A stretch of 64,000 nucleotides of DNA from Candidatus Binatia bacterium (GTDB lineage Bacteria > Desulfobacterota > Binatia > DP-6). The position numbers were made by a program, and so were the translations under genes. Below, piece after piece: positions 16,069 to 24,871 of the stretch (position 1 is the first letter of the stretch; each line of letters begins with the position of its first letter). The notes beneath the pieces are model-generated. The model was not told where the DNA came from and searched no databases. It saw only the letters and a list, made by a program, of their open reading frames with translations. Location: NCBI GenBank assembly GCA_035650655.1, contig DASRHG010000027.1, positions 32,750 through 96,749 on the forward strand. The letters are read 5' to 3'.

Positions 16069-17880
16069 ATGCGCGTCCTCGTCCTCCCCGTCGTCCTGCT
16101 CGCGCTCGTCGGGCCCGCCCGGGCCGCCGACCATCCGGTCCGCGGGACGCTCCTGCGCCTCCGCGGCGGCGGAAAGGCCGGACGCTCGGTCACGGTGCGG
16201 ACGGCCCGCGACCCCGTGATCGTCGCCTCGCCCGCGACCGACCCGCGCACGACGGGCGGCGTCCTCTCGATCATGGGCCTCGGGGAGGGGGACGGCGACA
16301 CGGGGTCGATCGCGCTCGCCGCCACGCGCTGGCGCGGCCTCGGCAAGCCGGCCGGCAGCCGCGGCTACCGGTACTTCGACCCGCGGGCGAGGACCGGCGT
16401 CCGGGAGGTCGTCCTCCGCACGACGCCGGCGGGGGGCGTCCTCACGATTCGCGGCGGCGGGCGCGCGTGGTCGTACCGCATCCGCAACGCGCAGGGACCG
16501 ATCCTCGTCCGGATCGCGCTCGGGCGCGAGCTCTACTGCGCCGAGTTCAGGACCTTCCGCCGCAACCGGCCGCCCGAGGTCCTCGCCCGCCACGCGCCGG
16601 CGCCGCCCGACTGCGGCGGCGGCACGCCGCCGCCGGGCTGCGGGAACGGGGTCGCCGAGGCCGGCGAGGCGTGCGACGACGGCGACACGACGTCGCTCGA
16701 CGGCTGCTCGGCGTCGTGCCGGCTCGAGAGCACGGCGGCGCTCTGCGCCGGCGTCGCACCCGTGGCGGGAGCCGCGCTGCGGGCCGTCCGCATCGTGTCC
16801 GGGCTCACCGACCCGACCTTCCTCGGCGCGCCGCCGCTCGACCCCACCCGGCTCTTCGTCGTCGAGCAGCCGGGGCGCATCCGTGTGGTGAAGGACGGAC
16901 GGCTCCTCTCCGAGCCCTTCCTCGACATCACGGATCGGGTGCTCGCCGGCGGCGAGCGGGGTCTCTTCTCGGTCGCCTTCCATCCCCGCTACGACCGCAA
17001 CGGGCGCTTCTTCGTCTACTACACAGACCGCGACGGCAGCCTCGTCATCGCCCGCTACGAGACCGACCCGAGCGCCGACACGGCGGACCCCGCGACCGAG
17101 AAGGTCGTGCTCTCGATCCCGCATCCCGGCGCCGCGAACCACAACGGCGGCCAGCTCCAGTTCGGCCCGGACGGCTTCCTCTGGATCGGCACGGGCGACG
17201 GCGGCGGCGCCGGGGACCCCGGCGCCAACGCGCAGAACGGCGCGCGCCTCCTCGGCAAGCTGCTCCGCATCGACGTCGACGTCGACGCGCCGCCCTGGTA
17301 CGCCGTGCCGCCGTCGAATCCCTTCGCCGGCGGCCCGCGCGGCGAGGTGTGGGCGAAGGGGCTCCGGAACCCGTGGCGGTTCAGCTTCGACCGCGCCACG
17401 CACGAGCTCTACCTCGCGGACGTCGGGCAGGACGCGTGGGAGGAGATCGACGTGGCGCCGGCGACGAGCACCGGCGGCGAGAACTACGGCTGGAACGTGC
17501 TCGAGGGGACCCATTGCCATCCCGTGGACGACGGCAGCTGCCCCCGCGCGGGGTTCGTCCCGCCCGTGCTCGAGTACCCGCACGACGTCGGCGGCGTCGA
17601 GGACGTCAACTGCTCGGTGACGGGCGGCTACGTCTACCGCGGCTGCCGCCTCCCCGACCTGCGCGGCACGTACTTCTACGGCGACTTCTGCTCGGCCTTC
17701 GTGCGCACGTTCCGCGGCGTGGCGAACGGCGTCGCGCAGAACCCCGCCGACGTCACCGCCGAGCTCGATCCGGGCAACGGCGTCGCGATCGAGAAGATCA
17801 CGTCCTTCGGCGAGGACGCGCGCGGCGAGCTGTACGTGGTCGGGCAGAACGGCGACGTCTTCGCGATCGTGCCGCGCTAG
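16069..17880 (+). CDS. secreted PQQ-dependent sugar dehydrogenase-like beta-propeller with N-terminal domain and Cys-rich repeat
   Basis: It has a signal peptide, the CGNGVAEAGEACDDGDTTSLDGCSASC repeat, and SGDH-like motifs (GLFSVAFHP.., HNGGQLQFGPDGFLWIGTGDGG, LLGKLLRIDVD). Confidence 0.85.
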   Translation: MRVLVLPVVLLALVGPARAADHPVRGTLLRLRGGGKAGRSVTVRTARDPVIVASPATDPRTTGGVLSIMGLGEGDGDTGSIALAATRWRGLGKPAGSRGYRYFDPRARTGVREVVLRTTPAGGVLTIRGGGRAWSYRIRNAQGPILVRIALGRELYCAEFRTFRRNRPPEVLARHAPAPPDCGGGTPPPGCGNGVAEAGEACDDGDTTSLDGCSASCRLESTAALCAGVAPVAGAALRAVRIVSGLTDPTFLGAPPLDPTRLFVVEQPGRIRVVKDGRLLSEPFLDITDRVLAGGERGLFSVAFHPRYDRNGRFFVYYTDRDGSLVIARYETDPSADTADPATEKVVLSIPHPGAANHNGGQLQFGPDGFLWIGTGDGGGAGDPGANAQNGARLLGKLLRIDVDVDAPPWYAVPPSNPFAGGPRGEVWAKGLRNPWRFSFDRATHELYLADVGQDAWEEIDVAPATSTGGENYGWNVLEGTHCHPVDDGSCPRAGFVPPVLEYPHDVGGVEDVNCSVTGGYVYRGCRLPDLRGTYFYGDFCSAFVRTFRGVANGVAQNPADVTAELDPGNGVAIEKITSFGEDARGELYVVGQNGDVFAIVPR

Positions 17881-18302
17881 CCGGGTGGCCGGCGGCGCGG
17901 CATCTGCTTCAGCTCGACGACGTTCCCCTCGGGGTCGGTGACGTACAGCGACGGTCCGCTCCCGTGCGCGCCGTAGCGCTCGGTCGGCTCGCCCAGGATC
18001 GGGACGCCGGCGGCCGCGAGGTAGCGGACGAGCGCGTCCAGGTCGTCCACCTCGATGCCGAGGCAGAAGTGGTCGACGTTGCGCGCCTCGAATGCGGGCG
18101 GGGCGTCGGCGGGCACGAGGTCCAAGAGACTCCGTCCCGCCCGCAGCTGCACGAGCCCGATCGCGTCGAGCCGGCGCTCCTCGACGAGCCCGAGGACGCG
18201 GGTGTAGAAGTCGAGCGTCCGCACCTGGTCGGCGCAGCGGACGACCACGTGGTCGAGCTCGGCGACGCGGAGCGGCCGCGTGGCGGGAGCGCGCGGGTCC
18301 AT
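17877..18302 (-). CDS. VOC-family (glyoxalase/bleomycin-resistance/dioxygenase) protein
   Basis: 141 aa with LDHVVVRC.D......FY..VLG... and ..YVTDPEGNVVEL. Confidence 0.8.
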   Translation of the reverse strand: MDPRAPATRPLRVAELDHVVVRCADQVRTLDFYTRVLGLVEERRLDAIGLVQLRAGRSLLDLVPADAPPAFEARNVDHFCLGIEVDDLDALVRYLAAAGVPILGEPTERYGAHGSGPSLYVTDPEGNVVELKQMPRRRPPG

Positions 18303-18454
18303 GGACGGTCGGGCTGTAGGCCGCCGCGCGCGTCCGAGTCAAATCCCGCCTTCCGGCGGGTGCCGGCCGGCGTCGCCGATGCCGATGCGTCCGCTCATGC
18401 GGTTGCATGTGGAGACGGTCGGGCGGTTGATGATACGCTCCCCGGCCGCGCTGC

Positions 18455-19642
18455 ATGGCCGCACGTCGCATCCTGTTCGTCGAGACGAGCGTCGGGGGAG
18501 TCGTGGGCGGCTCGCTCACCGGCATCCTCCACCTGATCGCCCGGCTCGACCGGCGCCGTTTCGCCCCCGCGCTCGCCCTCGCGGAGGCGAAGGCGATCGA
18601 CGCCGACGGGCTCCCCGTGACCGTGCTGCCGCCGCTCCCGGCGCCGAGCGCGGTCGCCGGACGCGCGCGCGTCGTCCGCGCCGCGATCCGCGCGCGCGAC
18701 CTCCTGGCCGTCACGGCGCCGCGCTCACGCGCGTGGGCGGCCGTCGTGCGCCGCGAAGCGCCCGCGCTCGTCTACTGCGCGAACGGCCTCACGGCGAACC
18801 TCGACGTCGTGATCGCGGCCGCGGCCGCGGGCATCCCGATCCTGTGCCACGAGAAGGGCTTCCGGCGCGTCGGGCCGGCGGAGCGCCTCGCGTCGCGCTG
18901 GGTCGACGTGTGCGTCTCGATGACGGACGAGATCGCCGCCCACTACCGCGCCCGCGGCGTGCGCGCGCGGCGGTTCGTCACCGTCTTCGACGGGATCGAC
19001 TGCTCGCGGTTCGCACCCGGCGGCGGCGCCGCCGTGCGCCGCGAGTTCGGCATCCCGGCCGACGCGCCGGTCGTCGGCATCGTGGGGCACATCCAGTCGT
19101 GGAAGGGGCAGCTCCTGGTCGCCGAGGCCGTCGCCCGGGCGCGCGCCGGGCATCCGACGCTCCGCTGCCTCGTCGTCGGCGGCGTGCACCGCCAGGGAGC
19201 GGAGTACGCGGAGCGCCTGCGCGAGCGGATCGCCGCCCCGGACCTCGCCGGCCACGTCGTGCTCGCCGGCGCGCGGACGGACGTCGCGGCGTGCATGGAC
19301 GCGATGGACGTCGTCGTGCACGCGTCCGTGACGCCCGAGCCGTTCGGCCGCGTCCTCATCGAGGCGATGGCGCTCGGCCGTCCGGTCGTCGCCCCCCGCG
19401 AGGGCGGCCCGCTCGTCATCGTCGCGGACGGCGAGACCGGGCTCCTCGTGAGGCCCCGCGATCCCGACGCCCTCGCCGCGGCGGTCGGATCGCTGCTCGC
19501 GGATCCCGCGCGGCGCGCGGCGATGGGCCGCGCCGCGCGGGCGCGCGTCGACGCGGTGTTCGACATCCGGCACCACGTCGCGGCGATCGAGGCGCTCTTC
19601 GACGACATCCTCGCCGCGCGCGCGCCGGCGGCGACGGCGTGA
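18455..19642 (+). CDS. GT4-family (group 1) glycosyltransferase
   Basis: The N-terminus is ILFVETSVGG..GGS and the C-terminal E-x7-E region is EPFGRVLIEAMALGRPVVA. Confidence 0.88.
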   Translation: MAARRILFVETSVGGVVGGSLTGILHLIARLDRRRFAPALALAEAKAIDADGLPVTVLPPLPAPSAVAGRARVVRAAIRARDLLAVTAPRSRAWAAVVRREAPALVYCANGLTANLDVVIAAAAAGIPILCHEKGFRRVGPAERLASRWVDVCVSMTDEIAAHYRARGVRARRFVTVFDGIDCSRFAPGGGAAVRREFGIPADAPVVGIVGHIQSWKGQLLVAEAVARARAGHPTLRCLVVGGVHRQGAEYAERLRERIAAPDLAGHVVLAGARTDVAACMDAMDVVVHASVTPEPFGRVLIEAMALGRPVVAPREGGPLVIVADGETGLLVRPRDPDALAAAVGSLLADPARRAAMGRAARARVDAVFDIRHHVAAIEALFDDILAARAPAATA

Positions 19643-21291
19643 GGAAGGTCCTCGTCCTCGGCGGCGACGAGCGCAGCTTCCTCGCGGTCGTCCGCTCGCT
19701 CGGCCGGCGCGGGATCGCCGTCCACGTCGGCTGGTGCCCACCCGACGCGCTCGCACGACGCTCCCGCTACGTCACCCGCGCCCACGACCTGCCGCCCTGG
19801 CGGCCCGGCGACGCCGCGTGGCGGGACGCGCTCGTGGCGCTTCTCCGGGCCGAGCGCTTCGACCTCGTCGTGCCGACGAGCGACCCGACGCTCATCCCGC
19901 TCCAGCGCGCACGCGCCGTGCTCGAGCCCCTCGCCCGCTGCTACGTGCTCGGCGAACGGGCGTTCGAGGTGGCGTTCGACAAGGGGAAGAGCCGCGCCCT
20001 CGCGGCGTCGCTCGGCATCCCCGTCCCCCGCGAGGAGGCGTTCGCGACGCCCGTCGACCCCGGCGCGGTGCTCGCCCGCTTCCGCCCGCCCGTCGTGCTG
20101 AAGCCGCGCGCGTCGTTCGCCGGCGACGACCTCGCGCGCAAGCGCTTCGTGCACGTCGCCCGCGACCCGGCGGCGCTCGCGCGCTGCCTGCGCGCGTTCG
20201 CCGACCAACCCGACGTCCTCGTCCAGGAGCACGTCGCGGGCGTCGGTGCCGGCGTCGAGCTGCTTGCGCACGAAGGCCGCGTGCTCGCGGCCTTCCAGCA
20301 CCTCCGCGTGCACGAGCCGCGCACGGGGGGCGGGAGCTCGTACCGTACGAGCGTCGCGCTCGACCCCGCGCTCCGCGACGCCGCCGCGAAGCTCATGGCG
20401 GCGCTCGACTACACCGGCGTCGCGATGGTGGAGTTCCGCGGCGAGCCCGTGCGCGGCACGTGGACGTTCCTCGAGATCAACGGCCGCTTCTGGGGCTCGC
20501 TCCCGCTCGCCGTCGCCGCCGGCGCCGACTTCCCGTACTGGCTCTACCAGCTCCTCGTCGAGGGCCGCCGCGACTTCCCGCCGACGTACCGCACCGGCCT
20601 CTACTGCCGGAACTGGACGCGGGACCTCCGCTGGCTCGCGGACAATCTCCGCGCGCCGCGCGGGACGCGCGCTCCGCTCGTGCGCGTGCTCGCCGAAGGC
20701 GCACGCGTCCTCGTCGGCCGGGAGCGGAGCGACACGCTCGTCGCCGACGACCCGCGGCCCGGCGTGGCCGAGGCCGCCCGCCTCGCCGCGCGCGCCGTGC
20801 GCGCGCTCGGAGCCCGCCTCGCGGCGCGCGGCCCGCTCCGCCGCCTCGCGGTCGCCCGCGCGCGCCGCGCCCTCGGGCGCGCGAGGTACGTGCTCTTCGT
20901 GTGCAAGGGGAACATCTGCCGGAGCCCCTTCGCCGCCGCGTGGGCGCGCACGGTGCTCGCCCCGGACGTCCGCGTCGCCTCGGCGGGGTACCATCCCCGC
21001 GCCGGCCGCGCCGCACCGCGGGAGGCCGTCGAAGCGGCCCGCGAGCATGGGATCGAGCTCGCCGCGCACCGCTCGACGGTCGTCGACGCCGAGCTCCTGC
21101 GGGCGGCGGACGCGGTCTTCGTCTTCGACGACGAGAACGCGCGCACGCTCGCCGCCCGCTTCGCGTTCGTCCGGCCGAAGCTCCACCGCCTCGCACCGGG
21201 CGGCATCGCCGACCCCTACGGCGGCACGCTCGACGACTTCCGCGCCGCCTACGCCGCGATCCGCCGCGCGCTCGAACGGCTCGCGCCGTAG
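19639..21291 (+). CDS. fusion protein: ATP-grasp enzyme (COG3919-like) + low-molecular-weight protein-tyrosine phosphatase domain
   Basis: GTG 19639 overlaps the GT4 stop (GTGA). ATP-grasp patterns are present (VVLKPR.., VLVQEHV.G, EINGRFWGS). The C-terminal domain has the CX5R(S) P-loop FVCKGNICRSP and the general-acid motif IADPYGG. Confidence 0.8.
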   Translation: MRKVLVLGGDERSFLAVVRSLGRRGIAVHVGWCPPDALARRSRYVTRAHDLPPWRPGDAAWRDALVALLRAERFDLVVPTSDPTLIPLQRARAVLEPLARCYVLGERAFEVAFDKGKSRALAASLGIPVPREEAFATPVDPGAVLARFRPPVVLKPRASFAGDDLARKRFVHVARDPAALARCLRAFADQPDVLVQEHVAGVGAGVELLAHEGRVLAAFQHLRVHEPRTGGGSSYRTSVALDPALRDAAAKLMAALDYTGVAMVEFRGEPVRGTWTFLEINGRFWGSLPLAVAAGADFPYWLYQLLVEGRRDFPPTYRTGLYCRNWTRDLRWLADNLRAPRGTRAPLVRVLAEGARVLVGRERSDTLVADDPRPGVAEAARLAARAVRALGARLAARGPLRRLAVARARRALGRARYVLFVCKGNICRSPFAAAWARTVLAPDVRVASAGYHPRAGRAAPREAVEAAREHGIELAAHRSTVVDAELLRAADAVFVFDDENARTLAARFAFVRPKLHRLAPGGIADPYGGTLDDFRAAYAAIRRALERLAP

Positions 21292-21301
21292 CGGCGCGCG
21301 C

Positions 21302-23545
21302 CTACCGCCGGCAGCGGAGCTTCCCGCCCTTGCGCGTACAGCGCCCGGTCAAGTCGGCGACGAAGCACTGCTCGCCGACGACGACGCGGGCTTCGACCGG
21401 GGCCGCACCGCCCGCGAGCGCCATCCGCCTCCCGACGGCGTCGAGCCGCACCTCGCCGCTCCGCTTGCGGCGGAGTACGACCGCCGTGAGGCCGGCGTTC
21501 CGCGGGTTCCGGTACTGCGCGACGCCGCCGCGGCGGCGCCAGTGGGCGTCGCTCGCGGGGTGCGCGAGGCGGCTCTCGGCGAGCATGCCCGCGGGGCCCG
21601 CGAGCTCGAGCGCGAGGTCGTCCTGCGTGGCGGGCGCGAGCGGCTCGGCGGGCCGGAAGCTCCCGTGGAGCGCGAGCCCGCCCCCGCCGGCGGTGAGCGC
21701 GCCGAGCAGGAGCGTCCCGGGCGGGCCCGCGCGCTCGCACCGGCCCCCGACGCACGCCTCGCGACCGTCGCACGGGTCCCCGTCGCTGCACGCCGTGCCG
21801 TCGGCGAGCGCGGGGCCGGGCGTGCACGCACCCGCCTGGCAGACCGAGGGCGCCCGGCATCCGTCGGACGCGCCGCACGCCGTGCCGTCGGGCGCCGCGC
21901 TCCCGTGCTGGCAGATGCCGGCGCGGCACGTCTCGCTCCCGCTGCACGGGTCGCCGTCGCCGCACGGGGTCCCGTCCGGCGCGCCGGGGCACGGACCACC
22001 GGGCGGGAAGCACGCCGGCCGGCGGAACGGGTTCTCCCAGCCGTGGAGCGGCGCGCTCCCGTCGCCGCCCGAGTAGACGCCGTCCGTGAAGCACGCCTCC
22101 GCGACGCGGCCGGTCGGGCCCGCGTACGGAGGCGCGTCGCTCGTGTACTCGATGCGGAAGACCGCGCTGTCCTCGGTGAACGCGCTGCTCGTCCCCTGCC
22201 GGCCGGCGACGTACAGCACGCGGCGCCCGAGCGGGTCCGGCGCCTCCGCGATCGCCGTCAGCACGGGGAAGCGGACGAAGTCGACCTCGCCGTCCGCGTC
22301 GACGTCGTAGACGGCGGAGAAGTCGTCGTCGTCCGTCGAGTCGTGGAACGCGGTCGGGGCGACGCCGTTCGGGTGCGGGAGGAAGCACGGCGGCGCGAGG
22401 TCGAGGCGGTAGATGCGGTCGCTGTCGCGGAAGAGGTAGAAGACGTCGCCGTAGTACTCGGCCGGGTACGCGAGGCCGGTGTACGCGGAGAGCCCCGTGA
22501 GCGCCGGGCTCCCGGCGTGCGTGGCGATCGGCCGGCGCCAGTCCGGATGCACGGCGTAGACGTCCGACGCCGGGTGCCCGACGAGGCACGCGGCGCTCGC
22601 GGCGACGGCGTCGCCCTCGAGGCAGGGCCAGCCGAAGTCGCTCCCGGCGTCGACCACGTCGACCTCCGACTGGAGCCCGTCGCCGCGCTCGGCGGAGTAG
22701 AGCTGGCCGGTGAGCGGGTGCACGGCGAACCCGGTCGGGTTCCGCGCGCCGGCGGCGAACGCGAACGGCTGCGCCGCGAAGGGCGCGCCCGGGACGGGCT
22801 GGGCGATCGACGCGCCCTCGACCGCCAGGCGGAGGATCTTCCCCGCGTCGTTCGGGAAGCCGTTCCTTCCCGGCCGGTCGGGCCAGCTCGCGCCGCCGAG
22901 GCAGACGCTCGTGCAGAAGGTCGTCGTCTCGGTGCCGCTCACCGGATCCGTGCCGAGGAGGAGCTGCGCGTTCCAGCGCTGCCCGGAGCCGCTGTCGCCG
23001 ACGCCGACGTAGAGGCAGCCGTCGGCGCCGAACGCGAGCCCGCCGCCGTTCCGTGCCGACGACTCCGTGGGGGGCTCGAGGCCGCGCGCGACCTCGCCCA
23101 GGAAGTCGCCCGTGCCGTTCGCGTTCTCGCGGTACGCGCGGACGTGCTGGTTCACGAGCTCGTCGGTGGTCGTCAGGTAGACGTACACGAGCCGGGAGGT
23201 CGCGAAGTCCGGGGCGAGCGCGAGCCCGAGGACGCCCTCCTCGCTCGCGGTCGCGCGGACGCCGTCGACCGTCGCCCACACCGTGCCCTCGTCGAGCGTC
23301 GAGCCGTCGGTCGCGTGGTAGGCGGAGTAGACGCGGATCTCCGACGTGCCGGGCGTCGGGCCGGAGGTCGGCGCGAGCGACTGGACGGCCGCGAAGAGCC
23401 GGCCGTCCGGCGCGACCGCGATCGCGGAGATCGGGTTCGCCGCGTGCGCCACGGCGACCGCCCGGAAGCCGGGCGTCGAGAGCGCCGCGCGGGCGGGTGC
23501 GGCCGCGAGCGCCGCGGCCGCCGCGAGGACGAGGACGGTCCGCAT
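21302..23545 (-). CDS. secreted PQQ-sugar-dehydrogenase-like beta-propeller with C-terminal Cys-rich repeats
   Basis: It has a signal peptide MRTVLVLAAAAALAAAPARA and SGDH-like motifs (GVLGLALAPDF.., NGGGLAFGADGCLYVGVGDSG, AGKILRL). Repeated CxxGxC modules follow (PCGDGDPCSGSETCRAGIC..). Confidence 0.75.
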   Translation of the reverse strand: MRTVLVLAAAAALAAAPARAALSTPGFRAVAVAHAANPISAIAVAPDGRLFAAVQSLAPTSGPTPGTSEIRVYSAYHATDGSTLDEGTVWATVDGVRATASEEGVLGLALAPDFATSRLVYVYLTTTDELVNQHVRAYRENANGTGDFLGEVARGLEPPTESSARNGGGLAFGADGCLYVGVGDSGSGQRWNAQLLLGTDPVSGTETTTFCTSVCLGGASWPDRPGRNGFPNDAGKILRLAVEGASIAQPVPGAPFAAQPFAFAAGARNPTGFAVHPLTGQLYSAERGDGLQSEVDVVDAGSDFGWPCLEGDAVAASAACLVGHPASDVYAVHPDWRRPIATHAGSPALTGLSAYTGLAYPAEYYGDVFYLFRDSDRIYRLDLAPPCFLPHPNGVAPTAFHDSTDDDDFSAVYDVDADGEVDFVRFPVLTAIAEAPDPLGRRVLYVAGRQGTSSAFTEDSAVFRIEYTSDAPPYAGPTGRVAEACFTDGVYSGGDGSAPLHGWENPFRRPACFPPGGPCPGAPDGTPCGDGDPCSGSETCRAGICQHGSAAPDGTACGASDGCRAPSVCQAGACTPGPALADGTACSDGDPCDGREACVGGRCERAGPPGTLLLGALTAGGGGLALHGSFRPAEPLAPATQDDLALELAGPAGMLAESRLAHPASDAHWRRRGGVAQYRNPRNAGLTAVVLRRKRSGEVRLDAVGRRMALAGGAAPVEARVVVGEQCFVADLTGRCTRKGGKLRCRR

Positions 23546-23554
23546 CGCGGCGTC

Positions 23555-24853
23555 TCAGGCGATCATGGCCGTGAACGGCTTCACGGTCGGGAGGTAGTCG
23601 CCCGCGTTCGCGCCCATGAGGGTCACGATGCCCGCGACGACGTTCGTCACGTCGATCACGAGGCCGGTGTCGTCGGGCCGGCCGGTCGCGAAGCTCGTCT
23701 TGACGCCTTCCTGGCTCCCGTCCGTCCGGCCGAAGGTCGTCCCGCCGTGCACGCCCTTCCCGATGAAAAGCATCGACGTCCACGGGTGGTGGTCCTTCCC
23801 GTTGCTCCCGTTCAGCTGCGGGCTCCGCCCGAACTCCGAGCAGTAGACGATCGTCGTCTGATCGAGCAGCGAGCCCCCGCCGACGCCCGGCTGCGCGGCG
23901 AGCGCGGTGACGAACTCGTCGAGGAACCCGAACAGCTCGTCCCAGCGGCCGTTCTGGTCCTGGTTGTCCGAGTGCGTGTCGAAGCCGCCGACCGTGTTGA
24001 CCGTCACGCTCGTCGTCATGCCGGCGCGGAACGCGGTGCCGAGCGCGGTCGCGAGCTCGGTCCCGGTGCCGAAGCCGTCGGGAAGCGCGTCGGCGAGCGC
24101 GACGAGTTTGTCACCGCGGACGTTCGCCTCGTCGAACTGCGCGAGCCGTCCGGCGAGGATCCCGCCCGAGTCGGCGGCGCGCACGCTCGCGAGCGCCCGT
24201 CGGATCGCCTGCTCGCCGACGCGGGAGACGCCGCGCTGATGCGAGCCCGGGTTGGAATGGCTCGGGATGTCGTCGAACGCGAGCGCCTCGGCGAGCTGCC
24301 CGCCGACGCGGGAGGAGAGCCCCGCGAACGGCCCGCTGTAGCTCGGGCCGGAGAGCTGGAGGTGCGGCAGCGGGAGGTCCGGTCCGTTGTGGTTCGCCGC
24401 CATGACGGCGAAGTCGGCCTTCGTCGGGTCGAGGTAGCCGGTCAGCACGAGCTGCCGCGACTGGTCGTGCGACGTCGAGCGCGTGTTGATCCCGTTCACG
24501 ACCGCGGTGCGGCCCGCCCACTTCGCGAAGAACGTGTCGACCGCGGGGCGCGCGACGGGATTCGAGACGTACGTGATGCCGCCGACGGTCGCGAGCACCG
24601 AGGGCGGAATGCCGGTGACGGACTCCGGCACGTCGACGTCGACACCGTCGGTCGCGTCCGCGGGGTCGTGCGGGTCGAGCACCTGGGTCACGTCCCATCC
24701 CCCGTCCGCGAAGAAGGCGACGAGCAGGCGCGGCGTCGTCGTGGCGGCGTGCGCGACCCGGCGGAGCGGCCGCGGGATCGCCGCGACGGCCGCGCTCGCG
24801 AGTCCGAGGCGCAAGAGCGACCGGCGCGTCAGCTCCTCTTCCCACATCCGCAT
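23555..24853 (-). CDS. DUF1501-family protein with twin-arginine signal
   Basis: The Tat-like N-terminus is LTRRSLLRLGLASAAVAA. Sulfatase-fold DUF1501 patterns are present (GGFDTHSDN.., SEFGRSP..N...GKDHHPW). Confidence 0.8.
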   Translation of the reverse strand: MRMWEEELTRRSLLRLGLASAAVAAIPRPLRRVAHAATTTPRLLVAFFADGGWDVTQVLDPHDPADATDGVDVDVPESVTGIPPSVLATVGGITYVSNPVARPAVDTFFAKWAGRTAVVNGINTRSTSHDQSRQLVLTGYLDPTKADFAVMAANHNGPDLPLPHLQLSGPSYSGPFAGLSSRVGGQLAEALAFDDIPSHSNPGSHQRGVSRVGEQAIRRALASVRAADSGGILAGRLAQFDEANVRGDKLVALADALPDGFGTGTELATALGTAFRAGMTTSVTVNTVGGFDTHSDNQDQNGRWDELFGFLDEFVTALAAQPGVGGGSLLDQTTIVYCSEFGRSPQLNGSNGKDHHPWTSMLFIGKGVHGGTTFGRTDGSQEGVKTSFATGRPDDTGLVIDVTNVVAGIVTLMGANAGDYLPTVKPFTAMIA

Positions 24854-24871
24854 GGCGACTCCCCTCTCGCG

